Positions 28,865-40,500 of a DNA stretch of 64,000 nt are shown here, in pieces. The stretch comes from a virus. Its lineage: Duplodnaviria; Heunggongvirae; Uroviricota; Caudoviricetes. The position numbers were made by a program, and so were the translations under genes. Where the stretch lies: the IMG/VR virus record IMGVR_UViG_2721755676_000001; one strand, written 5' to 3'. How positions within the stretch are numbered: the stretch's first letter is position 1; each line of letters begins with the position of its first letter. The notes beneath the pieces are model-generated. The model was not told the DNA's origin. It saw only the letters and a list, made by a program, of their open reading frames with translations, and made no database searches.

Positions 28865-28938
28865 GTTAATCGGTAGGTATATACTTACTGTTAGCGCAAT
28901 GAATGCGTAGAATTAACGGAAAAAGGAGTTTTCCATCA

Positions 28939-29685
28939 ATGTCTAATACCCATGTAAAAAACATCAAACTTGGTGCCTGTAAGGTGTCGTTTGGTGGTGT
29001 GGATTTGGGTTACACCAAAGGTGGTGTTCAGGTTGAAATCGCAACCGAAACGCTGAAAGTGACCGTAGACCAGCTGGGCCAGACCACGATCTCCGAGCTG
29101 ATCCAGGGCCGTAACATCACCATTACTGCGCCGCTGGCTGAATCCGTGTTGAAAAACATGGTCGATCTGATGCCAGGTTCCACGCTGAGTTCTGGCGAAG
29201 ATATCGTAACCATCACGTCTGCGCAGGGAGTGAACCTGATCGACGTTGCGAAAGAGTTGGTGCTGACCCCGCAGGATGCGACGGATTATGTTCTGACCAT
29301 CCCTAAAGCAGCAACCGCGGGTAACTTCACCATGACCTACCAGTCTGACGACGTTCGCGTGTTCTCAGTTGAGTTTTCCGCTTACCCGGACGACGCTGGC
29401 GTGTTGGGGAAAATGAGCCTCCCAAAGCCGGTTGAGAGCGTCACGCTGACCCCGTCTTCACCGACCGTAAAAGTGGGCACTAAAGTTCAATTGAGCGCAA
29501 CCTTCACCCCGGCCGATGCAACCAATAAGACTGGCGTGTGGAGCTCTGATGCGACTGATAAAGCGACCGTAGATCAGAACGGACTGGTAACTGGTAAAGC
29601 TGTCGGTTCAGCCAATATCACCTTCACAACTAATGACGGTGCCAAGAAGGCGACCAAAGCCGTCTCTGTAACTGCCGCAAGCTAA
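28939..29685 (+). CDS. major tail protein with C-terminal Ig-like domain
   Basis: ATG at 28939 with SD AAGGAG; C-terminal Big_2-like repeat as in lambda gpV-type tail tubes. Confidence 0.7.
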   Translation: MSNTHVKNIKLGACKVSFGGVDLGYTKGGVQVEIATETLKVTVDQLGQTTISELIQGRNITITAPLAESVLKNMVDLMPGSTLSSGEDIVTITSAQGVNLIDVAKELVLTPQDATDYVLTIPKAATAGNFTMTYQSDDVRVFSVEFSAYPDDAGVLGKMSLPKPVESVTLTPSSPTVKVGTKVQLSATFTPADATNKTGVWSSDATDKATVDQNGLVTGKAVGSANITFTTNDGAKKATKAVSVTAAS

Positions 29686-29746
29686 ATTGTGATAACCCAA
29701 GAGGCCCATGGATGGGCCTCTGTATGAGTTTAAAAGGATTTAAACC

Positions 29747-30064
29747 ATGACCAAATTACTCGATCTCGACTCCATTCTGCCGCCGAAAAAAAGCATCAAA
29801 TTTGGTGGCAAAGAATATCCCATCGTTGAAATGACCGTCGGCCTCTTTGTTTCCATCAAGCAGATGGAAGGCAAAGATCTCATGAACATGACTCCTGTTG
29901 AGCAAGTGACAGCTTATGCAGATCTGGTTCGTAAGGTTATCCCTTCAGTACCTGACGAAGTTCTTGAAAAACTGACTGTTCCGCAACTCCAGCAGATCTT
30001 CACCTTCGCTATGGAAGTGATTGATGAAGAAAACGAAAAAGCGGCTGGCGAAGGGGCAAAGTAA
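29747..30064 (+). CDS. tail assembly chaperone (G-like)
   Basis: Small acidic protein immediately before the tape-measure gene; -1 frame open across its stop. Confidence 0.55.
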   Translation: MTKLLDLDSILPPKKSIKFGGKEYPIVEMTVGLFVSIKQMEGKDLMNMTPVEQVTAYADLVRKVIPSVPDEVLEKLTVPQLQQIFTFAMEVIDEENEKAAGEGAK

Positions 30065-30144
30065 TTTCCCGCGATGAATCCGGGACAAGGACCGTCTCAA
30101 TAGATCTCGGATTCTATTTCAGTCGTGTAGTTGCTCACTACGCC

Positions 30145-30414
30145 GTGTCGCCATTAGAGCTACTGAACGTTCCTCTCACGATGTTCTGGATGCTCAGTCG
30201 CAATATAGACCGTCTGCGTGCGGAAGAGGATGTCCGCAACTTACAAGTCGCTCGTGCGTCCCAGGCGGATGGCGAGGCTGTGAAGGCGTTCATGGAGGGT
30301 TTGCAACTCAGGATTGGAAGACCAGTCGTAACAGATAAAGTCTACGATCCAAGCCAGGATAAGGCAGACCCTGACGCCAAAGAGCAACTGATGCAAATAT
30401 TTGGCAGAGGATGA
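30145..30414 (+). CDS. T-like frame, probable C-terminal part of a G-T frameshift product
   Basis: -1 frame relative to G is open from about 30031 to 30414 and overlaps the tape-measure start. Confidence 0.35.
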   Translation: MSPLELLNVPLTMFWMLSRNIDRLRAEEDVRNLQVARASQADGEAVKAFMEGLQLRIGRPVVTDKVYDPSQDKADPDAKEQLMQIFGRG

Positions 30415-33400
30415 CAAGGGAATGTCACAAAACGTAGAGTTTATCCTGTCGCTGGAAGACAAACAGTTTACAGCGTCAATCGATCGTGCGGGGAAACTGC
30501 TTACTCGATTTGGTGAGCAGGTAACAAAGCCTGCTCAAAAAATCCAAACCTTTGAACGCTCTTTGGGTTCGGTCGCCCGTATCATTGGCGTTCTGGAAAG
30601 CAAGCTCGATTCTACGGCAGATAAACTACAGGATGTAGCTGCCGGTTTTGAGCTTGCTTCAGATGCTACGCGTAAAATGCGTGGCAACATCACCAGCCTC
30701 AATTCTGGTCTTAAAGCCCTGATTGAGCGCGTCGATACGACAACTTCTTCAGTAGATAAACTCACCGCGTCATTACGTAAAGTGCAATCAGAGCTAAATG
30801 ATTTCTCTGATTGGGCGACCTATGCAAGCAAAAGCGCAAGCCGCTTTGGTACGGAGGTCAAAGAAGCCTCTGCGTCCGTGAGTGGCATGAATACGCGCCT
30901 TAATACCACGACGAAGCGACTCAGTAATTGGGGTGTCACAACGAGTCAGGCTGCCGAGGGACTGAAAAAGGTTCGTGAGCAGATGGACGAAGTTATCGGA
31001 CGTCAGCAACTGATTAGCAAGCCGGTACGCGTTCGTACATCTGGAAGTGGCGATGGTGGCAGCGGGCGGCGTAGCGGCTCTGGCCATAGCGATAAAAGTA
31101 ACGAAGGAGGTATGTTCTCTGGCCTTCGTGGCAACATTTTCCTGCTTGGCGAGATCGGAGATGCAGCCAGAACGGTTACTGACATCATGTTTGGGTGGCA
31201 GAAGCCTATTGTTGAAGCTGCGGCCGAAATGGAACGTATGCGGGTGATGCTTCGAGGGTTGAATAAGGAGAAGTCCAACCCGGGCCAGGCTGCCGCTGAT
31301 GATATGAAGTACATCGTAGACATGGCTCAAAATGCGCCGTTCGCGATGCAGGCGTTAACAGATTCCTTCGTGAAGTTTCGTTCTGCTGGCTTAGATCCAA
31401 CCGATGGCTCTCTGAAGGCGCTGGTGGACTCCGTTGCTCGTTTTGGTGGTGATAGTGAGCTGTTGAAACGTGCGGCTGTGGCCGTTCAGCAGATGTCCGG
31501 TAAGGGCGTCGTGTCAATGGAAGAGCTACGTCAGCAATTAGGTGAAGCCGTTCCTAACGCGATGCAGGCAATGGCAGACGCCGCAGGCATCACTATGGGG
31601 GAACTGACTAAAGCCGTTGCCAGCGGTACGGTTGAGGCAAAACAGGCGTTGTCTCTGATGTTTGTTGGTCTGCGTGCGGAGAATGAGAACGCAGCGAAAG
31701 ACATGATGCAAACCTACACAGGTGCGCTGGCGCAACTTCAGACGTCATTCACGTTATTTGCTGATCGGGTTGGTCAGGCCGGATATCTGGATTCTCTATC
31801 GAAGGGGATGAAAGAACTGGCTTCAATCATGAATAGCGCCGAAGGGATTTCGTTTGCCAATTCTTTAGGTTCGGGGTTAACAACGGCAATCGATGGGTTG
31901 CGTCAGCTTGCTCAATGGTTAGCAAAGAACCAAGAGCTGGTAATTAATCTCGGTAAGGTCGTGGCCGCGATGGTTGCGTTCAAACTGATGCGAGCATGGA
32001 TCATGGGGGTAGTTGGCGCTGGGAGCCAGATGGTTAGCACCTTTGCCACGATGGCGACCGCCATACAGACTCCATTTAACCTCGGCGCTACAGCAGTAAC
32101 TCGATTCAATCGTGCGGCACGTATGGGGCTGGCTCCGATCCCCTCTCTTATTTTCGCCATCCGTGGGGCGATTACGGGGCTTAAAGGCGCTTTTGCTGGC
32201 CTGACTGCGTTTATTGCGGCGAATCCGATAGGTTTTGTTTTCACTGCTGCAATGACCGCTGTTGCTGGCTTAATCACGTATATGACCATGCTTCGTAGCG
32301 AAACTTCAAAGGTCGTTGACGAGATTAGGAAAATACCAGAAGCGATGACGGCGGCTAAACGTGCACAGATGGCCGAGTATAAAGCGCGTCTTGAGCAACA
32401 AATCACGCAAAAGGAACAAGAGTTAAAATCTGGCGAAAAGGTGGTTTATGGGCCGGGTATGGCCGGAACTACAGTAAAGATTAATCATGATGAACGTAAG
32501 CGAATAGAAAATGAGCTAAATGAACTTCGTAAGAAACGCGATAAAACCAATGAAACTATTGCCAGAGGGGATTTGGCTGTAGCCAAACGTCTGGCAAAAG
32601 AGACGGCAGAATCCCAGATAGAGAAAATACTCGAAGAGAATAGAGACTTTGCGGCAACGTTCGTGAAAGCTCGTCAGGAGGCTCTGGAGAAAATCCAGAA
32701 AATCAAGGATGACGGTTCACTTTCGGATGACGAAAAGAACAAGCTATTGGCACCGTTACGTGAAACGGTAAACAAAAGCTATCTGGAGCCTGCGCAAAAA
32801 CTGGTTGATTCACTTTCTTCTCGTAAGAATGCGACCGAGAAGCAAATCGCGACTCTTAATGATCAGCTTGAAAAAGCGAAAAAGGAAGGAAATACCGAGC
32901 AGATTCAGAAACTGCAAGGAAGTATTCGTGGCTATCAGGAGCATTTGGAAGTCGTTGCTCAGGAACTGACTCAGGCAGAGTTTAAGAGGGATAACGCGGC
33001 CAAAAGTGGTAATGGCTTAGTGTCAATCAATGGAGATGTTCTGGGGTTAGGTACAACTGATAAAGCTGCTCAGAAGGCGCTGGCGCAATATATGCGAAAC
33101 CAGATGGATTCTGCGACTTATCAGCGTACTTTGCCTGACGGCACTCCGATGATGGACTTCGAAGGTAAGCCGATTATTGGGCCTAAACAACTCAAGACGC
33201 AGCTTAATTTGCAGAAAGCATCCAGCGCCAGCTCTCTGGAGAAAATGAGCGATGAAGAGCGTGCCGCAGCCATTGCTGCACTAACTAAAGCTCGTGAACA
33301 GGATGCAGCAGCTGCCGAGAAAGCAGCCCAACGATCAGCTAACGCCTCGCAGCGTGCGGCCAAGAAGGAACAGGCAGCGCAACAGAAACTGGCAGCCGGA

Positions 33401-34978
33401 TACCAGAAGGCTCTGGACAAAGCCGATCAGCTTATGGGGCAAATGGGTGAAAGCTCTAAGGCTACGGTATCGTTTGATCAGTCTCTTCGCGATACAACGA
33501 AATCGCTGACAGATTTGGCTAATGCGGTTCCTAACGAGTTCATCACTCAAGAGATGATCGACAAGGCGAAAAAACGTCTTGAAGACCTCAAAAATGCGAC
33601 ACCTGAATATCGCGAGATGTTTAATCGCCGCAATGTTGAGCAGATGATCTCCACTTGGGCACCGGAGGCGGATTCCATTATTAGTGCTGGCTATACGCCG
33701 TCTCGCGAAGAGAAAGTTGCTGATTTCGAAGACACCTACAACCGCAATCTCAAAGCGTTGATAGAACTTCGTGATAAGGCGTCTGATCCTAAAGTTGTGG
33801 CGCTTTATACAAAGAAAATCAATCAACTGATTGCTGCTGGCAATACCGCGCTTATTAAAGAGACGGGGACTGCGACGCAGAAGTTGGCACTGGAATACGA
33901 AAACCTGGCAGAGCAGATCGAAAGCACCTGGACTGATTTGTTTAGTGGCTTAACTGATGTCCTGACTGATTTCGTTATTAACGGGAAGATGAGCTTCTCC
34001 AGCCTATCTCAGTCCATTTTGAAAGATATCACCAATATGGTCGTGAAGTCGCAGATCACGCTGCCTCTAATGAACATGTTGGGGATGGGAACCACCGCAG
34101 CTGGTAGTTCACAGAGTGGTAATTTGCTGACCGGGGTTGCTTCCGCCGTTGCCAATCAAGGGGTACGAATGGGCAACACTGTTAACGGCGACAAGTCGGT
34201 AGGAGAAGCCACGAAGGAGACGTCCAGTTCGGTAACTGGATTGGGGCAAACAACACAGCAGACCACCAGCGCAATTGGCACTGCAACAAATGCGATTGGT
34301 AGCTGGGTATCAGGGCTATTTGATAGCACTGAAGCCAAAGATGCCGAGACAAAAGCCGTGAAGGACTCCATCTTCTCGATGCAGAACCTCAGCTCTGTTA
34401 CCGGCGCGCTGTCTGCCGCGTTTGCAATGCTTGGAGCTAATGCTTCCGGCTCTGGTAATAAGTGGTTGAGTTTTGGAGCAACGGTTGCATCTGGTCTTGT
34501 TTCAGCTTGGGCTGGCGGTGGTTTCGACAGCGTGACATCAAGCTCTGCTAAAACCGCAACCAGCAGTGTGGCTGACGGAACTAAAGGCATTCCTGCAATC
34601 CCGAAGTTTGCAAATGGAGGAATATTCGGAAAAGACGGCGTGATCCCGCTCCGTGCATACCAGAAAGGCGGTATTGCTAACTCGCCTCAATTAGCGTTGT
34701 TTGGGGAAGGTTCTATGAATGAGGCGTATGTTCCATTGCCTGATGGCCGAACAATCCCTGTAACGCTCAGTACCGATGGTATGAGTGGAGGCGGAAATGT
34801 TCTTTCTCCTGTATCAATTGAGATCAACGTCCATAGTGACGGTAGCACGACAGAATCCGGCGATACAGAAAGCATATGGAACAATGCCGCTCAACGGATG
34901 AAAGCAATCGCGCTTGAGACTATCGCTCAAGAGAAACGCCCTGGCGGATCACTCAACCCAAACACTCAACGTAACTAA
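30401..34978 (+). CDS. tail tape measure protein
   Basis: 1525 aa, coiled-coil-rich, Gly/Ala/Ser-rich C-terminal region, position in tail module. Confidence 0.85.
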   Translation: MAEDDKGMSQNVEFILSLEDKQFTASIDRAGKLLTRFGEQVTKPAQKIQTFERSLGSVARIIGVLESKLDSTADKLQDVAAGFELASDATRKMRGNITSLNSGLKALIERVDTTTSSVDKLTASLRKVQSELNDFSDWATYASKSASRFGTEVKEASASVSGMNTRLNTTTKRLSNWGVTTSQAAEGLKKVREQMDEVIGRQQLISKPVRVRTSGSGDGGSGRRSGSGHSDKSNEGGMFSGLRGNIFLLGEIGDAARTVTDIMFGWQKPIVEAAAEMERMRVMLRGLNKEKSNPGQAAADDMKYIVDMAQNAPFAMQALTDSFVKFRSAGLDPTDGSLKALVDSVARFGGDSELLKRAAVAVQQMSGKGVVSMEELRQQLGEAVPNAMQAMADAAGITMGELTKAVASGTVEAKQALSLMFVGLRAENENAAKDMMQTYTGALAQLQTSFTLFADRVGQAGYLDSLSKGMKELASIMNSAEGISFANSLGSGLTTAIDGLRQLAQWLAKNQELVINLGKVVAAMVAFKLMRAWIMGVVGAGSQMVSTFATMATAIQTPFNLGATAVTRFNRAARMGLAPIPSLIFAIRGAITGLKGAFAGLTAFIAANPIGFVFTAAMTAVAGLITYMTMLRSETSKVVDEIRKIPEAMTAAKRAQMAEYKARLEQQITQKEQELKSGEKVVYGPGMAGTTVKINHDERKRIENELNELRKKRDKTNETIARGDLAVAKRLAKETAESQIEKILEENRDFAATFVKARQEALEKIQKIKDDGSLSDDEKNKLLAPLRETVNKSYLEPAQKLVDSLSSRKNATEKQIATLNDQLEKAKKEGNTEQIQKLQGSIRGYQEHLEVVAQELTQAEFKRDNAAKSGNGLVSINGDVLGLGTTDKAAQKALAQYMRNQMDSATYQRTLPDGTPMMDFEGKPIIGPKQLKTQLNLQKASSASSLEKMSDEERAAAIAALTKAREQDAAAAEKAAQRSANASQRAAKKEQAAQQKLAAGYQKALDKADQLMGQMGESSKATVSFDQSLRDTTKSLTDLANAVPNEFITQEMIDKAKKRLEDLKNATPEYREMFNRRNVEQMISTWAPEADSIISAGYTPSREEKVADFEDTYNRNLKALIELRDKASDPKVVALYTKKINQLIAAGNTALIKETGTATQKLALEYENLAEQIESTWTDLFSGLTDVLTDFVINGKMSFSSLSQSILKDITNMVVKSQITLPLMNMLGMGTTAAGSSQSGNLLTGVASAVANQGVRMGNTVNGDKSVGEATKETSSSVTGLGQTTQQTTSAIGTATNAIGSWVSGLFDSTEAKDAETKAVKDSIFSMQNLSSVTGALSAAFAMLGANASGSGNKWLSFGATVASGLVSAWAGGGFDSVTSSSAKTATSSVADGTKGIPAIPKFANGGIFGKDGVIPLRAYQKGGIANSPQLALFGEGSMNEAYVPLPDGRTIPVTLSTDGMSGGGNVLSPVSIEINVHSDGSTTESGDTESIWNNAAQRMKAIALETIAQEKRPGGSLNPNTQRN

Positions 34979-35020
34979 CTATCGACTGCCCCGACCGGGG
35001 CAGTCTCACAAGGATGTGAG

Positions 35021-35356
35021 ATGGAAAGACAAACGTTTAATTGGTATCCAGATTACGAATCTGAAAAGAGCGTAAAACCGAATGTAACGGTACTTAATTT
35101 TGGTGATGACTACGAGCAGCGACAGGCTCAAGGTCTTAATCGTATTAAAGAAGAATGGTCGTTAACCTTTACCAGGTCATACAACGAAATTAATGCAATC
35201 GATGATTTCCTGACTGAGCGATCAGGTGTTGAATCGTTCTATTGGGTTAATCCAAGAGGCAAGCAGATTGTAGTTGTATGTGACAGTCATACGGTCAAGC
35301 GATATCAGGGGTACTGTGTCTTAACTGCTACATTCAGACAAGTATTTGAGGCTTAA
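35021..35356 (+). CDS. minor tail protein, lambda gpM homologue
   Basis: 111 aa; conserved FGDDY.QR..GLN and SFYWVNP pattern matches lambda M as recalled. Confidence 0.75.
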   Translation: MERQTFNWYPDYESEKSVKPNVTVLNFGDDYEQRQAQGLNRIKEEWSLTFTRSYNEINAIDDFLTERSGVESFYWVNPRGKQIVVVCDSHTVKRYQGYCVLTATFRQVFEA

Positions 35357-35438
35357 GCATCTGGATAAGTAAGTACTAATTTACTATCATTGTGGCGCTG
35401 ACAGGATGTTAGCGCCTACTTATTTCAAGGATGAAACA

Positions 35439-36137
35439 ATGGGAATTAAAGCTGATATTCAGAGCTTATCTCCCTCTGCACTCATTGAGTTGTTCGTACT
35501 GGATATGTCGAACACAACTTCAGGGGGGAAGCTATTCTTCCACGCCGGAACAAACGAACTGATGCAACCGGTCGTCTGGCAAGGAGTGACATACGAGCCG
35601 TGGCCAATCAAAGCATCAGGCTTTGACAAAACTGGCCAGGGAACGTTGCCACGTCCAAAAATTCAGGTATCGAACTTTGCCGGAACCGTCTCTGCGGAAG
35701 TTCAGGCGAACGACGATCTTGTTGGCTGCCGCATTATTCGCAAGATGACGCTGGCTCGCTTCCTCGATGCCGTTAATTTTAAAGATGGTAATCCAACAGC
35801 AGATCCAAACCAACATTTCCCGGATGAAATGTGGTTTATCGAACAGAAAACGCTCGAAACTCATCAGGTTGTCGAGTTTGAGTTGTCCAGTGTGTTCGAT
35901 TTGATGGGGGTGCAACTGCCGTATCGTCAGATCATTAAAAACACCTGCCCGTGGAAATACCGAGGGCCAGAATGCGGCTATACCGGTCCATATTTCGACA
36001 AAAATAACCAGCAGACGTCTATGTCTGGTGCTGATTACTGCACAAAACGTTATGACGCCTGTAATGCGCGTCGGAATTATTTTGCCAACGGAGTGATCCA
36101 TTTTGGCGGGTTTATTGGAGCTACGCGATATGGGTAA
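35439..36137 (+). CDS. minor tail protein, lambda gpL homologue
   Basis: WQG..Y.P.PI, RFLDAVNF, NTC.W.YRG.ECGY.GP and C-terminal NFGGF motifs match lambda L as recalled. Confidence 0.85.
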   Translation: MGIKADIQSLSPSALIELFVLDMSNTTSGGKLFFHAGTNELMQPVVWQGVTYEPWPIKASGFDKTGQGTLPRPKIQVSNFAGTVSAEVQANDDLVGCRIIRKMTLARFLDAVNFKDGNPTADPNQHFPDEMWFIEQKTLETHQVVEFELSSVFDLMGVQLPYRQIIKNTCPWKYRGPECGYTGPYFDKNNQQTSMSGADYCTKRYDACNARRNYFANGVIHFGGFIGATRYG

Positions 36138-36927
36138 TAAAGCAATCCCTGAGCTTGGCTCTGATGTTATGCAGCAAATCTATCTCTGCGCCATAAATCG
36201 CTACCCTAATGAAGCGTGTGGCTTTCTGGTGAGAACTAATGGCGACAAATATCGCTTTATGGAAGCGCGAAATGTTTCGGAGAACCCGCAGAACACTTTT
36301 GTAATGCACGTTGACGACATTATGGCGGCAGAGGATGCGGGTGATGTTATCGCAATCTGGCATTCACATACTGATGAATCAGCAGAAGCATCTGATGCCG
36401 ATCGTGCAGGCTGTGAAGCGACGGAAGTTCCGTGGATGATTCTGGCTATTCGCAAGAATGTTGAGGGAGATGCCCCTTTCCATTTTAGCGAGATGAATGT
36501 GATCACACCTGATGGTTTCGAAATGCCATACCTGGGTAGACCGTATGTATTTGGCGTATTCGATTGCTGGATGTTGTGTCGGGACTATTTGAAGCGTGAG
36601 TTTAACGTCGAACTAAACCCGAACGCACACCTGCATATTCCATCGTGGTACACCGGCGATAACGACATTCTCGATCAGAACTACCGTAACGAGGGATTGG
36701 TGCGTCTTGCGCCCGGAACAGAGCCTCAACGTGGGGACGTATTCTTTATCCAATACGGAAAAATGCCTGACCACTGTGCGGTTTATATCGGCGATGGAAT
36801 GATTCTTCATCACCAGATCGACCGCCTTAGTTGTCGTGCTTATTACGGCGGGATGTATCAGAAACATACGACGCATCACTTGCGTCACAGAGACTTGCTC
36901 AAGGGAGATGAGACGTGTCTGAGTTAG
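36130..36927 (+). CDS. tail assembly protein K-like (JAMM/MPN + NlpC/P60)
   Basis: JAMM motif H-x-H-x7-S-x2-D (HSHTDESAEASDAD); Cys/His-containing C-terminal peptidase-like domain; ATGGGTAA overlap with L. Confidence 0.85.
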   Translation: MGNKAIPELGSDVMQQIYLCAINRYPNEACGFLVRTNGDKYRFMEARNVSENPQNTFVMHVDDIMAAEDAGDVIAIWHSHTDESAEASDADRAGCEATEVPWMILAIRKNVEGDAPFHFSEMNVITPDGFEMPYLGRPYVFGVFDCWMLCRDYLKREFNVELNPNAHLHIPSWYTGDNDILDQNYRNEGLVRLAPGTEPQRGDVFFIQYGKMPDHCAVYIGDGMILHHQIDRLSCRAYYGGMYQKHTTHHLRHRDLLKGDETCLS

Positions 36928-37508
36928 TTCATGTGCAGCTTGGCGGCCCTATGGCCAAACATTTTGGCCGCCACTGGCATCTAAAGGTGCGCAATACAAA
37001 ACAGGCTCTGGATTTAATTGAGGCCAACAAGCCTGGGTTTAAAGCATGGATGAAGCGCAACATCAAAACCTATGACAGATACCACATCCAGATCACCAAT
37101 AAACAGGGCCACAAGTGGTCTGTGGACGAGAGTGAATATCAGATGATGGGGCAGTCTGACAACATAGCCAAAATCCGCATTACCCCTGTTCCGCGAGGAA
37201 GCGGCGGTTCTGCTTTTGGGTGGTTTCAGACGGTAGTAGGAGCCGCTTTGTTGGTTGTATCGGCGGTAATGATGCCCGCTCTTGCGCCTCTCGGTTTGTC
37301 ACTGATGATGGGCGGTATAGCGCAAATCATATCTCCGCAAGCCACTAACGAAAGTGTGAGGCAGGCGGATAACTCGAACTCTTATTACTTTGATGGACCT
37401 CAAAACACAACAAACCAGGGGAACCCTGTACAGCTTATCTATGGCGAGGAAATTTTAGTTGGCTCACAGGTCGTGAGTTCTTCTATCACCATCGACCAGC
37501 TTATGTAA
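36915..37508 (+). CDS. tail assembly protein I-like
   Basis: GTG start with SD AAGGGA overlapping the K stop; hydrophobic/Gly-rich C-terminus; position between K and J. Confidence 0.6.
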   Translation: MSELVHVQLGGPMAKHFGRHWHLKVRNTKQALDLIEANKPGFKAWMKRNIKTYDRYHIQITNKQGHKWSVDESEYQMMGQSDNIAKIRITPVPRGSGGSAFGWFQTVVGAALLVVSAVMMPALAPLGLSLMMGGIAQIISPQATNESVRQADNSNSYYFDGPQNTTNQGNPVQLIYGEEILVGSQVVSSSITIDQLM

Positions 37509-37519
37509 TCAAGGATTTT

Positions 37520-40500
37520 TTGGACATGGAACAGTTCAAGAAGAAAAAATTACCGCTTCTTATTGCCGGTGCTGGTGGCAAGAAAAGTAAAAGCTCCAGC
37601 CGTACCCCGGTTGAAGCTGATGATACTGTCAATTCTCGTGCTATGGCAGCCATCCTCGACCTTCTTGGCGAGGGGGTTATCGGTGGCCTGGTAAATGGCG
37701 CAAAGTCGATCTTCATCGACGATTTACCGATCTTGAATGAAGATGGCTCTTCCAACTTCAGCGGTATTACATGGGATTTTCGTGACGGCTCACAAGACCA
37801 GACGCCAATGGCTGGTTTTGATTTTGTTGAAACGCCTAAGTCCGTAAATATTCAGCTTAAAAAAACACACGACGTTACGGTTTCAATCGATAACGATGAA
37901 GCTGATCGCGTTCGTGTCATCATGAAATTCCCCTCTTTACGTAGCGTTGATAAAAGCTCTGGCGATACAAATGGCACTACGGTGAAGTACAAATTCCAGA
38001 TCGCCAACGCAGACGCAACATTTTCTGATGTAGTGGCAGAAGGTGAGAAAAGCGTTGATATCACGCTAACGGCAAAGAAAACCGGCGTGTATTACCGTAG
38101 CTATGAGCTGAAACTGCCTAAGCCTGGTCGTGCATACAAGGTTAGGGTGATTCGTCTTACAGATGATAATAGTAGCCAGTACCTCTACAACGACACATGG
38201 GTTGATTCCATCGGTGAGATTGTCGACACGCCAATGAACTACCCTAACTCTGCTCTTGTTGGCTTGAAGGTCAATTCAGAGCAGTTTGGTAGCACAATGC
38301 CTTCCCGTTCGTATTTGGTGCGCGGTATCAAAATCCGAGTACCGTCAAACTACAACGAATACACCAATACTTATGTCGGCGTATGGGACGGTACTTTTAA
38401 GCTGTTGTCTTCTTCAAACCCTGCGTGGATTCTCTACGATTTGCTTACCAATACTCGGTATGGTCTTGGGCAATTTGTGTCGGAATCCATGATTGACCTC
38501 GGCCAGCTCTACCAGATTGGTCGATATTGTGACGAGGAGGTCGATGATGGCTTTGGGGGTAAAGAGAAACGTTTTGCAATCAATACGCAGATCACTAGCC
38601 GACAGGATGCATACCGATTAATTCAGGATATTGCCGGTGCATTCCGCGGCATGGTGTTTTGGGCTGGTGGCATGGTTAACATCATGCAGGATAGCCCATC
38701 AGATCCGGTAATGATGTTTACCAACTCCAACGTCAAAGATGGACTGTTTACCTATAAAGGTTCTGCGCGTAAAGATCGCCCATCCGTTGCGCTCGTAACC
38801 TACAACAACAAGGAGGACGGTTATAAGCAAAATATCGAGTACGTTGAAGATCAGGACGCAATGCGCCGTTATGGTGAGCGTAAAACAGAAGTCGTAGCAT
38901 TTGGATGTACAAGCCGAGGCCAGGCTCACCGAGTTGGTTTGTGGCTTTTGTATACCGCCAGAATGGAGTCGGATGTAATTACATTTACTGCCGGCTTAGA
39001 CGCCTCATTTCTGATGCCTGGTGAAACCGTTCTGATTCAGAACAAATATCGTGCAGGTAAACGTAACTCCGGTCGAATTGTGGAGTTTACCAAAAACAGC
39101 ATCACTCTCGATGCGCCTGTGTCGTTAGCTAAAAGCGGCAGCTTTATTCGGATATTGAATCAGGAAGGCAAAATCGTTGAACGCGATGTTCTTGAAACTG
39201 GCGAAAACATAACAAAGGTTACGTTTTCAAAAGCCCTGTCGTCAGCGGAAACGCCTGTTTTGAACGGTGTCTGGACAATTACAGAACCAGATCTCGAACC
39301 TATGCGCGTTCGCATCGTTAACATCGCACAGGGGGAAACGCCGGGTAGCTTTGACATCACCGCTGTTGAGAACAATCCGTCTAAATATGAGGCAATCGAC
39401 AATGGTGCAACGCTGATCCCGCAGAATACGACGGTATTGGACCCAACTTACTCCAAGCCATCTAATCTGCAAATCACTGAAGGGACTTATCTCTCAAGCC
39501 CGGGCAACCTGTCAGTAAAACTGACTGCAACATGGGAAGGGAAGTCTCCAGAGTATTGGATCAGTTGGCGACGTTCTGATGAAAACAATGTATCGAACTG
39601 GCAATCGGCGCGTGTAACCGAAGAGCAATACGAAATCGTTAATGTCGCGGAGAATGGACGCTACGACTTCCAGCTGTATGCGGTTTCATTCAACGGTAAA
39701 AAAACAGAGATTATCAGTACCGTTTATCAGGTGTTGGGCACAATGACACCGCCTGATGCCCCAACGTCATTAACGGCCGTTGGAGACTATCGTAATGTGA
39801 TACTGAATTGGGTTAATCCAGATTCGGTAGACCTTGATCACATTAATGTTTACGCATCCCAGACCAACAATCTGGATACGGCGAAACTGATCGCAGAGTC
39901 TGCAAGCACCACCTTTACACATGCTGGTCTTGGGGATAGCGAAACGTGGTATTACTGGGTTCGAGCATCGAACAAGCGAGGTATGTTAAGCCCTCCGAAC
40001 TCAAACTTGGGTACAGAGGCGACAACTCGCGATGTACTGTCGTTCCTGGCTGGCAAAATTACATCTTCCGAGCTTGGTCAGGCTCTGCTTGAGGACATCA
40101 ACAGCAAAGCCTCTCAAGAAGCAGTTGACGAGTTAAATGAGCATATCAACCAGAGCGTCGAATCTTTAGAGGGGGCGGTAAACGACGTTAAGGAAGATAT
40201 AGCTGAATTAGATAAGCAGTTCAGCGATAACCTCGCGGATTTTGAAATAAAATTCAACGAGCGTAGCGATGCTTTGGAGAACGCACAAACCGAGCTTAAA
40301 GGTGAGGTTTCGGCAACGATTGACAAGGTCAATGAAGCGTTTGAAAAAATTGATGCTACTGATGCTGCAATTGTTGAAATCGAAAACACCGTATCTGAAC
40401 ACGATAAAGCTCTCGCTAATACAGTCGAGGCAATAAAGGCTGCAAGAGATGAAGCGGCGGCTCTTATTGCTAAGGAAAGCGAGGCTCGTGTTGAAGGCGA

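Noticed and set aside
30794-34590. Antisense and alternative-frame ORFs within the tape-measure gene (e.g. 30794-31330, 31912-32406, 33335-33826, 34156-34590)
   Set aside because: Embedded in a long, motif-consistent tape-measure reading frame; typical artefacts of a biased-composition gene.
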